From assembly GCA_041661275.1 (NCBI GenBank), contig JBAZUU010000001.1, forward strand, positions 165,057 to 229,056: 64,000 bases of DNA, read 5' to 3'. Both the position numbers and the translations under genes were made by a program. Below are positions 27,296-37,865 of the stretch, one piece after another. The stretch's first letter is position 1. Every line of letters begins with the position of its first letter. Source of the DNA: Parcubacteria group bacterium. Lineage in GTDB: Bacteria > Patescibacteriota > Minisyncoccia > Moranbacterales > UBA2206. The notes under the pieces were generated by a model. It did not search any database, was not told where the DNA came from, and was given only the letters and a program-made list of their open reading frames with translations.

Positions 27296-28555
27296 ATGAC
27301 TACGCTTCTCATAATCCTGGCAATTTATTTGCCATTTCAGCTAGCGCTTAATCCAAGCGAGGGAATAGACCTGGCGTCAATAAGAGTTTTTATTCTTCTT
27401 ATCTTTTTTCTGTGGCTGGCGGAAGGTTTTCGAAAAAAACGCCTGAATATCGCCTCAAACTCAATAACTTACCTTTTGGTTGTTTTTCTATTTCTGAGCG
27501 CTTTTTCCTTTTTTTGGGCCAAAAATCAGGACTTTGCTATGCGGAAAATCCTTTTTCTTCTTTCAATTTTTCCGCTGTATTTTGTGGCCAGTGATGTGAT
27601 ATATGACAAGGAAAAAATGATAAAAATAGTTACGCTCCTGGTAGTTTCCGGAACGTTGGCGGCTGCCGTTGGAATAGTCCAGTTTTTTTCTCAATTTGTT
27701 TTTGGGTTGGAAAGAGTGTATAAACTTTGGGCTGATTTTGTGGCTATGCCGTTTTTAGGCTCCAGTGCCGGAAAAGCAGTCCTTGAAAATCCTTCCTGGC
27801 TGGTGAATATTTCCGGGCGTACTTTTTTGCGAGCTACTTCCACTTTTCCCGATCCGCATATGTTGGCGCTATATCTGGGAATGCTTATTCCTCTTTCGGC
27901 CGGACTATTTTTGAAAACTAGAAAAACTTTTTATCTCGTCGCGTTTCTCATTATGCTCATGGCTGATGTTCTGACATTTTCCAGAGGCGGGTATCTCGGG
28001 CTTCTTGTTGGTGGTATTTTTCTTCTGATTGTTTTTTGGAGGAAGATGGCCAGGAAGTATAAATTTTTTATCCTCGGCTTTGCGGTTCTTATAGCCATCG
28101 CTTTTATAGCTCCTGGTCCGATTTCTAGTCGCTTTAGTTCTATCTTTAATCTTCAGGAAGGCTCGAATGTTGGTCGCCTGGATATGTGGCAAAAGTCATG
28201 GAAAGTGGCGGTAAGCCACCCAATATTAGGAGTGGGAATAGGTAATTATTCTCTGGAGATTAAGCCAAATGCTGACTATCGTGAACCGATCACAGCCCAT
28301 AACACATATTTGGATATTGCCGCCGAAACGGGAATTATTACGGCACTCGTCTGGATTGCTCTTCTTACTTCCGCAATTATTATTTTTCTCAAAAAATCCA
28401 GGTATGATAATTTTTATCTAATGATGGCAGTTTCTCTGGTTATTTTTGCCGGACATCAAATTGCCGAGACAGCCATATATTCCCCGGTAGTTTTAACACT
28501 GTTTGTAATTATTATTAGTTTCGTTAATGTCAGAGAAAATGAAAAAATATCTTAA
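27296..28555 (+). CDS. Wzy_C/O-antigen-ligase-family membrane protein
   Basis: 419 aa polytopic with a Wzy_C-type periplasmic loop region. Confidence 0.6.
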   Translation: MTTLLIILAIYLPFQLALNPSEGIDLASIRVFILLIFFLWLAEGFRKKRLNIASNSITYLLVVFLFLSAFSFFWAKNQDFAMRKILFLLSIFPLYFVASDVIYDKEKMIKIVTLLVVSGTLAAAVGIVQFFSQFVFGLERVYKLWADFVAMPFLGSSAGKAVLENPSWLVNISGRTFLRATSTFPDPHMLALYLGMLIPLSAGLFLKTRKTFYLVAFLIMLMADVLTFSRGGYLGLLVGGIFLLIVFWRKMARKYKFFILGFAVLIAIAFIAPGPISSRFSSIFNLQEGSNVGRLDMWQKSWKVAVSHPILGVGIGNYSLEIKPNADYREPITAHNTYLDIAAETGIITALVWIALLTSAIIIFLKKSRYDNFYLMMAVSLVIFAGHQIAETAIYSPVVLTLFVIIISFVNVRENEKIS

Positions 28556-29699
28556 TCTGGAAAATTATTTTCTGCTGGTCATTTTTCTTTTGCCGGCTTA
28601 TCTTTTGCGTTTTACTATTTTTAAAATACCGGAAAATTTATGGGAGATATTAGCGGTGATATCTATTATTTTAGCGTTGGAAAAAATCAAGAAAGAAAAT
28701 AATTTCACTCTTTCCGGATATGAGAAGAAAATAATTTTTCTATTTTTGATAATAATTATTGGGCTGGCTTTGGGAATGATAAAAAGCGGAAATTATTCTG
28801 TGGGCTTGGGCATAATAAAAAGTTGGTTTCTGGTTCCATTTGCTTTTGCGTTTTTAGCCAATAGAATTATTGAAGACAAAAAAAGGCTTTATTCCAGCCT
28901 TTATTTGTCAATTTTGATTGTAGCAGTTATTGCTCTTATATATAAATTTTTAGGGATACTAACTTTTGACGGTCGGCTCCAGGCTTTTTTTAATTCGCCA
29001 AACTATTTGGCGATGTTTTTGGCGCCAGGAGTCATTATCGGAGTTTTCAGCAGTGGACTTAAGAATCTTAAGTTACTTAAGATTCTTAAGTTGATCATTA
29101 TTGCACTCGCAATATTTTTCACTTACTCTTACGCTTCCTGGATTTCGATTATCTTCGCGGTTCTTATTATTTTTTTCCTCACCCACAAAATTTCCGGAAA
29201 ACACATTCTTTTTCTTGTTTTGATTTTTCTGATTGTTGTTTTTCTTTCGAAGGATACTTCCAAATTCCAAGATCTGGCAAACTACAATTCCCGTTCTTCA
29301 TTAGCTTCCAGAATAATGATTTGGCAGTCAGCTGAAAAAATAGCAAAAGACAATTATCTGATCGGCATCGGTCCGGGAAATTTTCAGGATAAATATCTGG
29401 AATATCAAAAATATTTTCCGCCATATCTCCAGTGGGCGGCGCCGCATCCGCATAATTTATATCTCGCTTTTTGGCTAAGCGCCGGCCTAATTGGGCTGCT
29501 GGCATTTATTGGAATTTTATATTTATTCTTTACCAAGGTAGAGATGAGGCAGTCTGCGATGATAGAGACGAGGCACTGCCTCGTCTCTACAGTAGCGGCA
29601 GGTATTATTATTTATTTTCTCCTTCACGGCCTGGTGGACACGACTTATTTCAAAAACGACCTGTCGGTCGTTTTCTGGATGGCAATATTTTTGGTCTGA
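28527..29699 (+). CDS. Wzy_C/O-antigen-ligase-family membrane protein (paralog)
   Basis: 390 aa polytopic with AAPHPHNLYLAFW. Contains a cttaag-repeat-encoded LKNLKLLKILKL segment. Confidence 0.6.
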   Translation: MSEKMKKYLNLENYFLLVIFLLPAYLLRFTIFKIPENLWEILAVISIILALEKIKKENNFTLSGYEKKIIFLFLIIIIGLALGMIKSGNYSVGLGIIKSWFLVPFAFAFLANRIIEDKKRLYSSLYLSILIVAVIALIYKFLGILTFDGRLQAFFNSPNYLAMFLAPGVIIGVFSSGLKNLKLLKILKLIIIALAIFFTYSYASWISIIFAVLIIFFLTHKISGKHILFLVLIFLIVVFLSKDTSKFQDLANYNSRSSLASRIMIWQSAEKIAKDNYLIGIGPGNFQDKYLEYQKYFPPYLQWAAPHPHNLYLAFWLSAGLIGLLAFIGILYLFFTKVEMRQSAMIETRHCLVSTVAAGIIIYFLLHGLVDTTYFKNDLSVVFWMAIFLV

Positions 29700-29704
29700 A
29701 TATT

Positions 29705-30847
29705 CTATAGGGCAATCCGGTATAATTTACCGTCGGCCTTATTGGTGAAAAAGAGAAAGCTTTCGTCCAAGTTCAGAAATAGTCCGGTGGCATCATAGGA
29801 ATCTTTAATGTCAGTCGTTTCTAAAATTCTAGTCTTTTTCCCATCAGCTACATTGACTTTCCAAAATGTGTCTGTCGTTTTGAATTTTCCTTCCATATAT
29901 TCATTGGGCAAAATGGCTGAAGCTGGAATATTCCCCGGGAGAGAATAATAGATAGTTTTCCCGTCGCGCGACCAGACGCATTTAGACACAAATGTTGGAA
30001 TATCAAGATTTCTGTATTCTCCTCCGTTATAATTCATAACAGCCAGTTGCATTTTTGTTCCGGCGCGTTGGTCAGCGCTGGAAACGAGAACTAAATTGCC
30101 ATCGGGGCTCCACATATAATCAGCTCCGAATTTTTCCTTGTAAATGGCCTTTTTTTCGCCGGAAATTAGCGGAACCGTTTCAAAAATGGTTTGGGAATAG
30201 CTGTCGGCGCTATTCCAAAAAGAGACGAGGCCACTTTTGGGGATTTGAGCGATAGAAATATTCCGGTAGTCAATGTCGGCCAGTTTTGTCCAGCCGGATC
30301 CGTCAGGATTGGAAACGTTCAGGGTTCTTTTTTTGGTTTTGGGATCGTAGAATTTATAGAATATTTTGTTGCCGGTAGCTTGCCAGGCGATCTCATCAAC
30401 ATTTTTTTTGATGGGGACGGCTTTTTGGGTGGAATAATCATAATAGTAGAACTGCGCTGACCCGTCAGCTCCGGTAAATTTGGTGATCACTTTTGTCTGA
30501 TCCGGCGACCACAAAACACCAGCCAGTCCCGGAAGTTCTTTGGAAGAAATGGTAATTTTATTAGCGCCGTCAGTATCAATTTTGTAAGTCTGTCCGGTTT
30601 TGGAATAATACTCGATAGCGTTATCGGTGGGAATATAAACAGGAGCGATCACCGCTTCGTCACTCAAGGCTTTTATTTTTACTTCATCTTTCGGGACTGT
30701 CGGCGCGGGGATTTCCGCCGTTTTTTCAGGAGTCGTTTTGGCGGTTGTGTCCGGCTTTTTGAACGACAAATTATATACTCCCCAGAGGAGGAGCGCAAGA
30801 ACCAAGATTATTGAGGATAATAAAAAGATTTTTTTGACGATGGACAT
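29705..30847 (-). CDS. membrane-anchored PD40/TolB-like beta-propeller protein
   Basis: N-terminal TM segment, then WSPDQTK and MWSPDGN PD40-like blades. Confidence 0.5.
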   Translation of the reverse strand: MSIVKKIFLLSSIILVLALLLWGVYNLSFKKPDTTAKTTPEKTAEIPAPTVPKDEVKIKALSDEAVIAPVYIPTDNAIEYYSKTGQTYKIDTDGANKITISSKELPGLAGVLWSPDQTKVITKFTGADGSAQFYYYDYSTQKAVPIKKNVDEIAWQATGNKIFYKFYDPKTKKRTLNVSNPDGSGWTKLADIDYRNISIAQIPKSGLVSFWNSADSYSQTIFETVPLISGEKKAIYKEKFGADYMWSPDGNLVLVSSADQRAGTKMQLAVMNYNGGEYRNLDIPTFVSKCVWSRDGKTIYYSLPGNIPASAILPNEYMEGKFKTTDTFWKVNVADGKKTRILETTDIKDSYDATGLFLNLDESFLFFTNKADGKLYRIAL

Positions 30848-30872
30848 AAAATCTCCAGTCGTTTTTAAATGA

Positions 30873-31694
30873 TTATTTCGATGGTGCTATTAATTCTAAT
30901 GAAGCTTTGTTTAGACATTCTGGAGAACTTGAAAGGACTAGATAGTTACCAACTAATCCATAATTGATGGATTTTTTGGTATTGTCCGGAAGAACAACAT
31001 TTGCGTATCTATATTCTCCATTCTTAAAAGCCAAAGTTTGTTGTAATTGGGTTGATGTAAATTGGATTCCTGGGAAGAGGATAGAATATGTATCAGATAA
31101 AATTGATGATTCCCAATCCTTCATAAATTTGATAGCATCATCAAATTCATCACCATTATAGCCAGGAATATATTTAATAGTCATCTGTAATCCATAATCA
31201 TCTTTGTTTCCCAAGGTACAATGAAAAAATTCATAGTCAGTACTATCCAGAAATGGAACGAGACTGGCCTTTAAATTTAGCCCCAAATTTTTGGCCGTGC
31301 TGCTTAAGGGTATTATATTTTTATTTGAATCAGAAAAAACAGTCCATTTTATCGGTTTAGCTCCATCAGAAGCCTTTTTTGATGTAAAAGAATCAAATGA
31401 CTTTTGTGTTTCTTCCTGGTTGTTAGCGTTATTTATGACAGAATAGCTGGTGTTATCATCTGGAAGTATTTTTTTTGTGGCGTCGGAACTGGTTGAATTC
31501 TGCGTGCTGGAAGACGGGAAAGAGGACTGGTTATTGTAGGTTGATTTTGAAGAGGGTTGGTCGGAAGATGTAGCTGGAACTGTTTCGCCGGACCCTGTTT
31601 TTTGAGTTTTAGAGGAGAAAGCGAAAAATAAATAAGCCAGAATAATTAGGAAGATTATCGATATCATTATGATTATAAGTTTATTTTTTGACAT
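30873..31694 (-). CDS. secreted Ser-rich hypothetical protein
   Basis: N-terminal TM/signal segment and a low-complexity S/T/N-rich region. Confidence 0.4.
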   Translation of the reverse strand: MSKNKLIIIMISIIFLIILAYLFFAFSSKTQKTGSGETVPATSSDQPSSKSTYNNQSSFPSSSTQNSTSSDATKKILPDDNTSYSVINNANNQEETQKSFDSFTSKKASDGAKPIKWTVFSDSNKNIIPLSSTAKNLGLNLKASLVPFLDSTDYEFFHCTLGNKDDYGLQMTIKYIPGYNGDEFDDAIKFMKDWESSILSDTYSILFPGIQFTSTQLQQTLAFKNGEYRYANVVLPDNTKKSINYGLVGNYLVLSSSPECLNKASLELIAPSK

Positions 31695-31704
31695 ATGTAT
31701 TTAT

Positions 31705-33015
31705 TTAAGTACTGCTAGCTTTGATTACTTTTATATCCTGTTTGAGCATATAGTTGTTCGCTCCGGTAACAATTCCTTTTTCAGCTCCAGCGGCATGAGT
31801 GATAGTAGAACAACCGTCTTGTTCGCATATGGCAGCGTGCCCGCTGGATCCATCATTTCTGACTATGATATCCCCAGCTTTTAGGTCGCTTGTATTTCCG
31901 CTATATGTTTCTGCTTTGGAATATAATGTCGCTGTATTGATGGAAGAACAATCTCCCAGGGAAGTATTCCCTGATTTTTTAAATGCATCGCAAGCAAGTT
32001 GGCCGCAATCGGTATATTTTGGATCTGTTGCGCAATCGTTTCTTAGTGTTTGACTATAGGCGCATCCGTCAGTTTTCATTTGTTGGGCGGCGCTGACTAC
32101 GCTACTATTGCCTGTTCCGCTCGAACTGCTAGCTGCTGTTTTGGCATCTGATTCACATTTAGCGTTGCACGTAGTGAGCTCAGTACTTGTTTTAGAGGAG
32201 GAGGAACATTCTTTTTTGCAATCAGCCAGATTAGAAGCGATTTGAGAAGCGGTTTGGCCGCTACTGGTGCCGGAAGTGCCACTGCTGGTTGTTGCGCTGG
32301 AAGTGGTGTCGCAAGTAATAACATTCCACTTGCCGACAACCGTTCCAACTTCATTTGAACTGGCGGTGAGTATGGTTAGCAAAATGGTATTAATAGCCAG
32401 CCAGGCGGCAAGAGTGATAGCAAATCCGACTATAGAAGCCTTGAAACAATTTTTGGCGGTGGTGATCATCGCCTCCGATCCGGAAGACATCATATATATC
32501 AAACCGGCAATGACAATCCCGACAATAGCGACGGTGATGAGAATGCTTTTCCCCCAATTAACAAGGTTTTGGATGCCCTGGATCAGGTGGCAAATAGTGC
32601 ATGGCTTGCCGCCCGACTTTCCGCAAGGAACGATGCCGCCGGTGGAAGCAGTCGAGGAAGATGTTCCGGTTCCCGTGCCTCCAGTACCCAGGGAACTTCC
32701 TGTACCTCCCGTTCCCAAGTAAGTTCCAGTGCCTCCCGTTCCCAAGGCGCTACCGCTTGTTTCTTCGGCCCATTTATTTGCTCTATGACAACACACTTCA
32801 TCATCAGCGCAGCTCCCCGATACTATTCCGTACTCAATGCAATTAAGACTACTGCTGGAATTTGCTTTATTGATGCAAAACCCCATTTTCTGTCCGTCAG
32901 ACATTGTTTTCCCGCATTCGTCACCTTCAGCAGCTAAAGAGGTCGATGGCCATAATATAATCATCAAAAAAAATATGGCCGATAAATATAAAAAACTTTT
33001 TTTGTTTTTATTCAT
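31705..33015 (-). CDS. T4SS-pilin-like (two-helix hairpin) protein fused to a C-terminal CHAP-like hydrolase domain
   Basis: Signal peptide. IQNLVNWGKSILITVAIVGIVIAGLIYMMSSGSEAMITTAKNCFKASIVGFAITLAAWLAINTIL is the CPR/Gram-positive T4SS_pilin pattern. A Gly/Thr/Ser linker and a CKKEC Cys-rich segment follow. C-terminal CAYSQ...GDIIV...GHAAICEQDG is CHAP-like (Cys/His). Confidence 0.5.
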   Translation of the reverse strand: MNKNKKSFLYLSAIFFLMIILWPSTSLAAEGDECGKTMSDGQKMGFCINKANSSSSLNCIEYGIVSGSCADDEVCCHRANKWAEETSGSALGTGGTGTYLGTGGTGSSLGTGGTGTGTSSSTASTGGIVPCGKSGGKPCTICHLIQGIQNLVNWGKSILITVAIVGIVIAGLIYMMSSGSEAMITTAKNCFKASIVGFAITLAAWLAINTILLTILTASSNEVGTVVGKWNVITCDTTSSATTSSGTSGTSSGQTASQIASNLADCKKECSSSSKTSTELTTCNAKCESDAKTAASSSSGTGNSSVVSAAQQMKTDGCAYSQTLRNDCATDPKYTDCGQLACDAFKKSGNTSLGDCSSINTATLYSKAETYSGNTSDLKAGDIIVRNDGSSGHAAICEQDGCSTITHAAGAEKGIVTGANNYMLKQDIKVIKASST

Positions 33016-33037
33016 TTTTTTTATTTAAATTGTATTT

Positions 33038-34213
33038 TTATTCTCTTTTTCTTCTTTTCAAAACAACAAGAACGACAAAAATTACGATCATTATGAGAAG
33101 AGCGATCAGGATAATATAGACAATTTTTGAAGTTTGGGTGGTGGTTTGAGCAACGCTGTTATCTGATGGCTGGGTCGCGACAGAAGATGAAGCAGTCGGT
33201 TTTTGTTCGGATCCAGCCCTCAAGAGAAAAGACGATTTGTTTTCTGTATTTTCCCGATAAATGTTGCTTCCAATAGTGAATATAAATTCTTCCTTGTTTC
33301 CAGCGGAAAAAACTCGAGAAACTTTTCCGGAAGCGGTCAGCGTGATTGGCAGTTTTGTTTTTGTGCTGATGTCATAGGAGTACACTTTTCCATCAGTATC
33401 AACAATGACCAGCGAATCACTGTTCAAAAACGCCAAGTCTGTGGCGGAAAAAGCGTCGTCAGTGGCAGCCAGATTTCCATCTCGTGGAGTATATTTATAT
33501 ATAGAGTCACCTGATTTTATAATAAAATATTTTTGTTCAAACGGATCGGAAATAATTTTTTGAATGCCTCCGGCAAGAGGATGATATGTGGCTTTTTTTT
33601 CTGAAGAATTAATCGCATAAAATCCTTTTTTCATAGGGAAAACTGTAAAATTACCCATATTTACGGAAGAAACGATCAAATTCAAATCGTCAGAATCGCC
33701 GGTGATATCAGTTAGTTTTGTGAATTTTTTGAAGCCAGGATCATTGATACTGGCGATAGAAATATTTTTATTGTCCCAGTCGTAAACAACCTGGTCATTA
33801 GATGCCCAGCCAATGGATATAATTTTTTTGTCCAGCAGGGTTGCTTTCTTAGTGTCTAAATCATAAATCCACCAATTCAATGAATTTAATTCTCTTTGGG
33901 GAGAGTATAATTCCAGTTTTTGTAATACTGCCAAAACATTTTCTGACAAAATAAGTGCTTTTGTCCCATCAGGAGACCAGATAAAATTATGGACAAAACC
34001 GCCAAGGCTTTTATCCCTCGGAACAGAGCTGATATTATTATTGTTATCAAGTTTCTCTATTTCCCCTTTGTCACAATTAAAAAACAAAAAATTGCTGTTT
34101 TTAGTAAGCGTAAAATCAAAAGTCTGACATTGGGCAAAAGCGAAATTAGAAAATAACAAAAAAAAGATTATGAAGAAATTTGCCATACAAAGTATTTTTT
34201 TTATGTTATTCAT
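33038..34213 (-). CDS. membrane-anchored PD40-like beta-propeller protein
   Basis: FIWSPDGTKALI repeats. Paralogous in architecture to 29705..30847. Confidence 0.5.
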   Translation of the reverse strand: MNNIKKILCMANFFIIFFLLFSNFAFAQCQTFDFTLTKNSNFLFFNCDKGEIEKLDNNNNISSVPRDKSLGGFVHNFIWSPDGTKALILSENVLAVLQKLELYSPQRELNSLNWWIYDLDTKKATLLDKKIISIGWASNDQVVYDWDNKNISIASINDPGFKKFTKLTDITGDSDDLNLIVSSVNMGNFTVFPMKKGFYAINSSEKKATYHPLAGGIQKIISDPFEQKYFIIKSGDSIYKYTPRDGNLAATDDAFSATDLAFLNSDSLVIVDTDGKVYSYDISTKTKLPITLTASGKVSRVFSAGNKEEFIFTIGSNIYRENTENKSSFLLRAGSEQKPTASSSVATQPSDNSVAQTTTQTSKIVYIILIALLIMIVIFVVLVVLKRRKRE

Positions 34214-34232
34214 AATGATATAAAATTATAAT

Positions 34233-35237
34233 TTAACACTTGCTATAGACATCATAGTTGGACATGATTCCATCGCAGTAACTTCCGCCGCACGCGCTGT
34301 CATTGCATGATCCGCAATATGCTTTCGCGGCTTTTCTTATGCCTTCTTCGCTATAATCCCCGCCGCTATCCTTGGCAATCTTTTTTGCGCCGCAGTTCAG
34401 AGCATCTTGTCGATTAAATTTGCTTCCGCTACATCCGTATGTACTCCATGTAGTGTCGTCAAACTGCATAGCGCCTCCATTCTTTCCATTGATCGAGTTA
34501 TTACTTGAAACACACCCACCGAATGAATTGGTAAAAGCGGAGGTACATTCTCTTTGAATAAAGGAATTTAGAACTGATTCGGGCACTCCATATTTTTCAG
34601 ACGCAGACTTAACTTCACTGGCATAAGTAGAATCGCTTAAATTGCTGCAGCTGGCTTTTGTACTTACTCTACCGCCACTACTTGTGCTGGCTGCTGTTTT
34701 GGCAGTCATGCAGGTAGAATAACAGTCGTCGTATTTTATACTGGAATCGCTGCCGCCAGCCTCGCAATATTTTTTGCAATCTTCTGCATTTTGAGCGGCG
34801 GTTGCGGCAGATGTTCCGCTGCTACTGGTGCCGCTGCTACTGCCACTAGGGAATTTTATTTTTATATTCACTAAATCCGGATTGATGGTATTGAGCAGAA
34901 GCCAGGCGGTCATAGCCATGGCGAGGCCGATGAGAGCGTCAGTGATATATCCTTTGGCTTTTCCCATCGTGGCGTTGTTGCCGGCCGAAGTCATATACAT
35001 AAATCCGCCGATCATAATCATAAGAAGAGCGCAGATGCCGATAGCCCAGATGCCGAATTTGTAAACAGCTTTGACGTATGCAGGAAATTCAACGGCGCCG
35101 GAAGCCATACCGGGGATTTTTTCCATCGGAGTATATGTAGTGTTGGCTGTGCTAGCCGCGTGGGAAAAATGGGAAATGCCCAATCCAAAACCTACGATGG
35201 ATATTAATACAATAAGAAATATAATTTTTTTATTCAT
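34233..35237 (-). CDS. T4SS-pilin-like protein fused to a C-terminal lytic transglycosylase (SLT) domain
   Basis: YVKAVYKFGIWAIGICALLMIMIGGFMYMTSAGNNATMGKAKGYITDALIGLAMAMTAWLLLNTI pilin hairpin. A CKKYC Cys-rich linker follows. The C-terminus carries ESVLNSFIQRECT...GGAMQFDDTTWSTYGC, the SLT E-S/Q-AMQ pattern. Confidence 0.55.
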   Translation of the reverse strand: MNKKIIFLIVLISIVGFGLGISHFSHAASTANTTYTPMEKIPGMASGAVEFPAYVKAVYKFGIWAIGICALLMIMIGGFMYMTSAGNNATMGKAKGYITDALIGLAMAMTAWLLLNTINPDLVNIKIKFPSGSSSGTSSSGTSAATAAQNAEDCKKYCEAGGSDSSIKYDDCYSTCMTAKTAASTSSGGRVSTKASCSNLSDSTYASEVKSASEKYGVPESVLNSFIQRECTSAFTNSFGGCVSSNNSINGKNGGAMQFDDTTWSTYGCSGSKFNRQDALNCGAKKIAKDSGGDYSEEGIRKAAKAYCGSCNDSACGGSYCDGIMSNYDVYSKC

Positions 35238-35243
35238 TGATTT

Positions 35244-37865
35244 CTATATTTGTCTTTCTTTTATGTTCGGAAAAAATGAGAGGATAAATCCGGAGAAAAA
35301 TAGCAATAGCGCTCCAGTGAGAACTATTCTGAATAAAAATGCGATATAGGTCGGGGTTGAGGAGAAAAGAGAGGCCATTATTTTGTTCTTGCCGGTCGTA
35401 TTCTTTGACACTGATGAACCGGAAAATGAATCGACAGAAGTGATGTCGATGGAATCTCCCACTTCCGTTTCATAAAATCCGCCATAATTGACGCCCCAAT
35501 AAGCGTTCAGGGCTTTTTTGGTGAGAGTATTAGGAAAATATTTGGCGGCAATTCCCACCGTCGTTGTTTCTCCAGCAACTTTGGCTGGAATAACCAGTTC
35601 GTTATTGCTGTTGATCTCATAGCCATAAGTCTTGGCGTTAGACGTATTAATGCCAACGCCATCTACTATCCAGCCATAATTTTCGCCTTCCGGAATAAAC
35701 CCGGTGAAATTGGCAGTGAGTTTGATTTTTTCTCCAGCTATTGCTTCGAAATCGTCCTTGCTGTTGTCCGGCCATTTTTTGCCGTCATAGTCAGTGTAGT
35801 ATCCCAAAAGGACGGGCTTGCAAATAGTTTCATCGGCAGTGGCTATTTTCACTTCCGGCTCGACAACCTGGAAATAGCGGGTCAGATTAACTTTTTTTCC
35901 GCTGGTTATGTCGGTGGCGGTAAGTCCGATCGTATATTGCTCACCCGGTTCATCAAGAATCGGAAAATAGGCGACATTGGTTTGTTTGGATAGGTCGCAG
36001 CCTTCAAAAAAACATGTGGAATAGCTGAATTGTTCTCCATTGATTGTCCAGGAAAAATCGGACATCCCTGCGGGCACTTTCAATCCTATAATTTGATCTT
36101 TAACAACAGGGCAGACAGATTTATCTATGCCGCTGCCGCATAATTCCGTTGAACTCATACTGACTATCGGATTTCCCGAGGCGTTATTGGCAATAGTGGT
36201 TTTATAAGCCTTTATTTTTTCCGTGGCGGAAGTGACTGGAATGACAATGTAGTTGTGTCCCTCTCTGACTGATTTTGAAGAAATATTTTCCTTGACGGTC
36301 AGTTTGACTTTCAGATAAAAAGTATCTGTGTCAGAGAAATTGAGTCGGAAATTTAAGGAATCGATGCCTATTCCAGAAGTTTGGGTGGATTCTTTAAGCC
36401 GGGCTTTAGTAATAGGGTCTCCCCAGTCGTCGGGATTAGCTTCGCTGCTTTTATATACTTGCCAGGAATAATTCAAATAACTATCGTTATTAGCGTTTAA
36501 AACAGAAGAATTTATGGTAACTTTGTCTCCATCCTGGCCATCGGTGGTTGAATCATTCATAGGAGCTTCCGGGGAACTGGACAGTTCAACCTCCATCTTT
36601 TCTTTTGTTCCACCGCCTTGCATCGGGTCAATCATATTTTCAGGAAGACACTTGTCAAGGTCGGTAACATTTTTCACATTATTAGGATAATAACTGGAGT
36701 CTATATTTTTATACACCGGAGAAGCGGTAGTGGACGATGACGTATCAGAGATGACAGTTCCGTCTGCTGTTGTAGTCACGATAGTTCTTGTTGTGGTTGT
36801 GGTTGTAGTCTTGGCGTAAAAAGCCGCTCGTTCATTCAACACTTCATTAGTGGTGACAATCACCCTGGTTGTTTGTCCGGGATCCGGCGTATCAACAGTA
36901 GGGGTGTCGCTAACCGTTTCTGTTATCGGATACTTATCAGTATAGTTCAGGTCGCAGCTATTGTTGAGTGTGGCAAACATTATTTTATATGAAGAATCAG
37001 CTTCCTGGGTAGCCTCAATGGATATCCCTTCCACCACCACTCCGATCTCATCCCCTTCTTCATAAACCCAGGAAAAACTGGTCGCTCCCAGCCCAGCCAC
37101 GTTAGCCTCGTCTCCATTCCCCGTGTCAGCTGTGTCGGGATCATTGGGATCGGTATGCCAGAATTTTTCTTCATCCTTGCCAAACGAGCCGTCTCCTGTG
37201 TCATGGGCTGTATCAGACTTTTCAGCAAAAAGATGATGGTCGCAGGTTATTGGATATTCATCTCCTGACTCTGTGTCGTGGATATAGCAAAAGTTATTTT
37301 TCCCTTTTTGATCGTTTCCTCCCCAAACGGCGCTATAACCGTCGCTGTCAGAATCCGAACCATAGTTTTCATTTTTGTATTCAAAATCATTGTTGGCGAA
37401 TATACGCGCCGCCTTTATTTTATAGTCATTAATATCAATGTCGCCATCATCATCCAGATCGCATTTGTCTTTTTGAGTATCAGAAAGTCCGCTGGATTTT
37501 TCCGGACAGCCGTCAGATTTCAGGTACCAGGTGAAATACAAATCCTTATCAGTGTTTAGGAAATACATCGGAGTGGCGACAGCCGTCACTTTCTGTCCCG
37601 GAACGGGGTTAGAAGGGTTAAAATTCAGGGAAACCTGCGGCTGCTGTTTTTTTCTCCGTTGGACGTTCATTGTCTGGATGATGTATTTCAGTTCAGTTTT
37701 GTTGACGCCCAGGTCATTCAACGCGTCATTCATAGCTCCCGTGGTAGCTGACGTAGCAATACTGCCTACTTCAACAGCCGAAGCTTGGGTATGAGGGATA
37801 AAAAGCGAAAGACACATTATCAGAGAAAAAACAGAAAAAAATATTTTTGTTATTTTATTTTTCAT
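35244..37865 (-). CDS. large (873 aa) secreted surface protein with Asp-rich Ca-binding-like repeats and a C-terminal TM anchor
   Basis: Signal peptide. DLDDDGDIDINDYK is a dockerin/EF-hand-like motif. Thr-rich stretches and a C-terminal hydrophobic anchor. Confidence 0.5.
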   Translation of the reverse strand: MKNKITKIFFSVFSLIMCLSLFIPHTQASAVEVGSIATSATTGAMNDALNDLGVNKTELKYIIQTMNVQRRKKQQPQVSLNFNPSNPVPGQKVTAVATPMYFLNTDKDLYFTWYLKSDGCPEKSSGLSDTQKDKCDLDDDGDIDINDYKIKAARIFANNDFEYKNENYGSDSDSDGYSAVWGGNDQKGKNNFCYIHDTESGDEYPITCDHHLFAEKSDTAHDTGDGSFGKDEEKFWHTDPNDPDTADTGNGDEANVAGLGATSFSWVYEEGDEIGVVVEGISIEATQEADSSYKIMFATLNNSCDLNYTDKYPITETVSDTPTVDTPDPGQTTRVIVTTNEVLNERAAFYAKTTTTTTTRTIVTTTADGTVISDTSSSTTASPVYKNIDSSYYPNNVKNVTDLDKCLPENMIDPMQGGGTKEKMEVELSSSPEAPMNDSTTDGQDGDKVTINSSVLNANNDSYLNYSWQVYKSSEANPDDWGDPITKARLKESTQTSGIGIDSLNFRLNFSDTDTFYLKVKLTVKENISSKSVREGHNYIVIPVTSATEKIKAYKTTIANNASGNPIVSMSSTELCGSGIDKSVCPVVKDQIIGLKVPAGMSDFSWTINGEQFSYSTCFFEGCDLSKQTNVAYFPILDEPGEQYTIGLTATDITSGKKVNLTRYFQVVEPEVKIATADETICKPVLLGYYTDYDGKKWPDNSKDDFEAIAGEKIKLTANFTGFIPEGENYGWIVDGVGINTSNAKTYGYEINSNNELVIPAKVAGETTTVGIAAKYFPNTLTKKALNAYWGVNYGGFYETEVGDSIDITSVDSFSGSSVSKNTTGKNKIMASLFSSTPTYIAFLFRIVLTGALLLFFSGFILSFFPNIKERQI

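Noticed and set aside
29045-29100. Tandem cttaag / cttaagtt repeats.
   Set aside because: They lie inside the Wzy_C coding sequence and simply encode a low-complexity LKNLKLLKILKL segment. Not a CRISPR or regulatory repeat.
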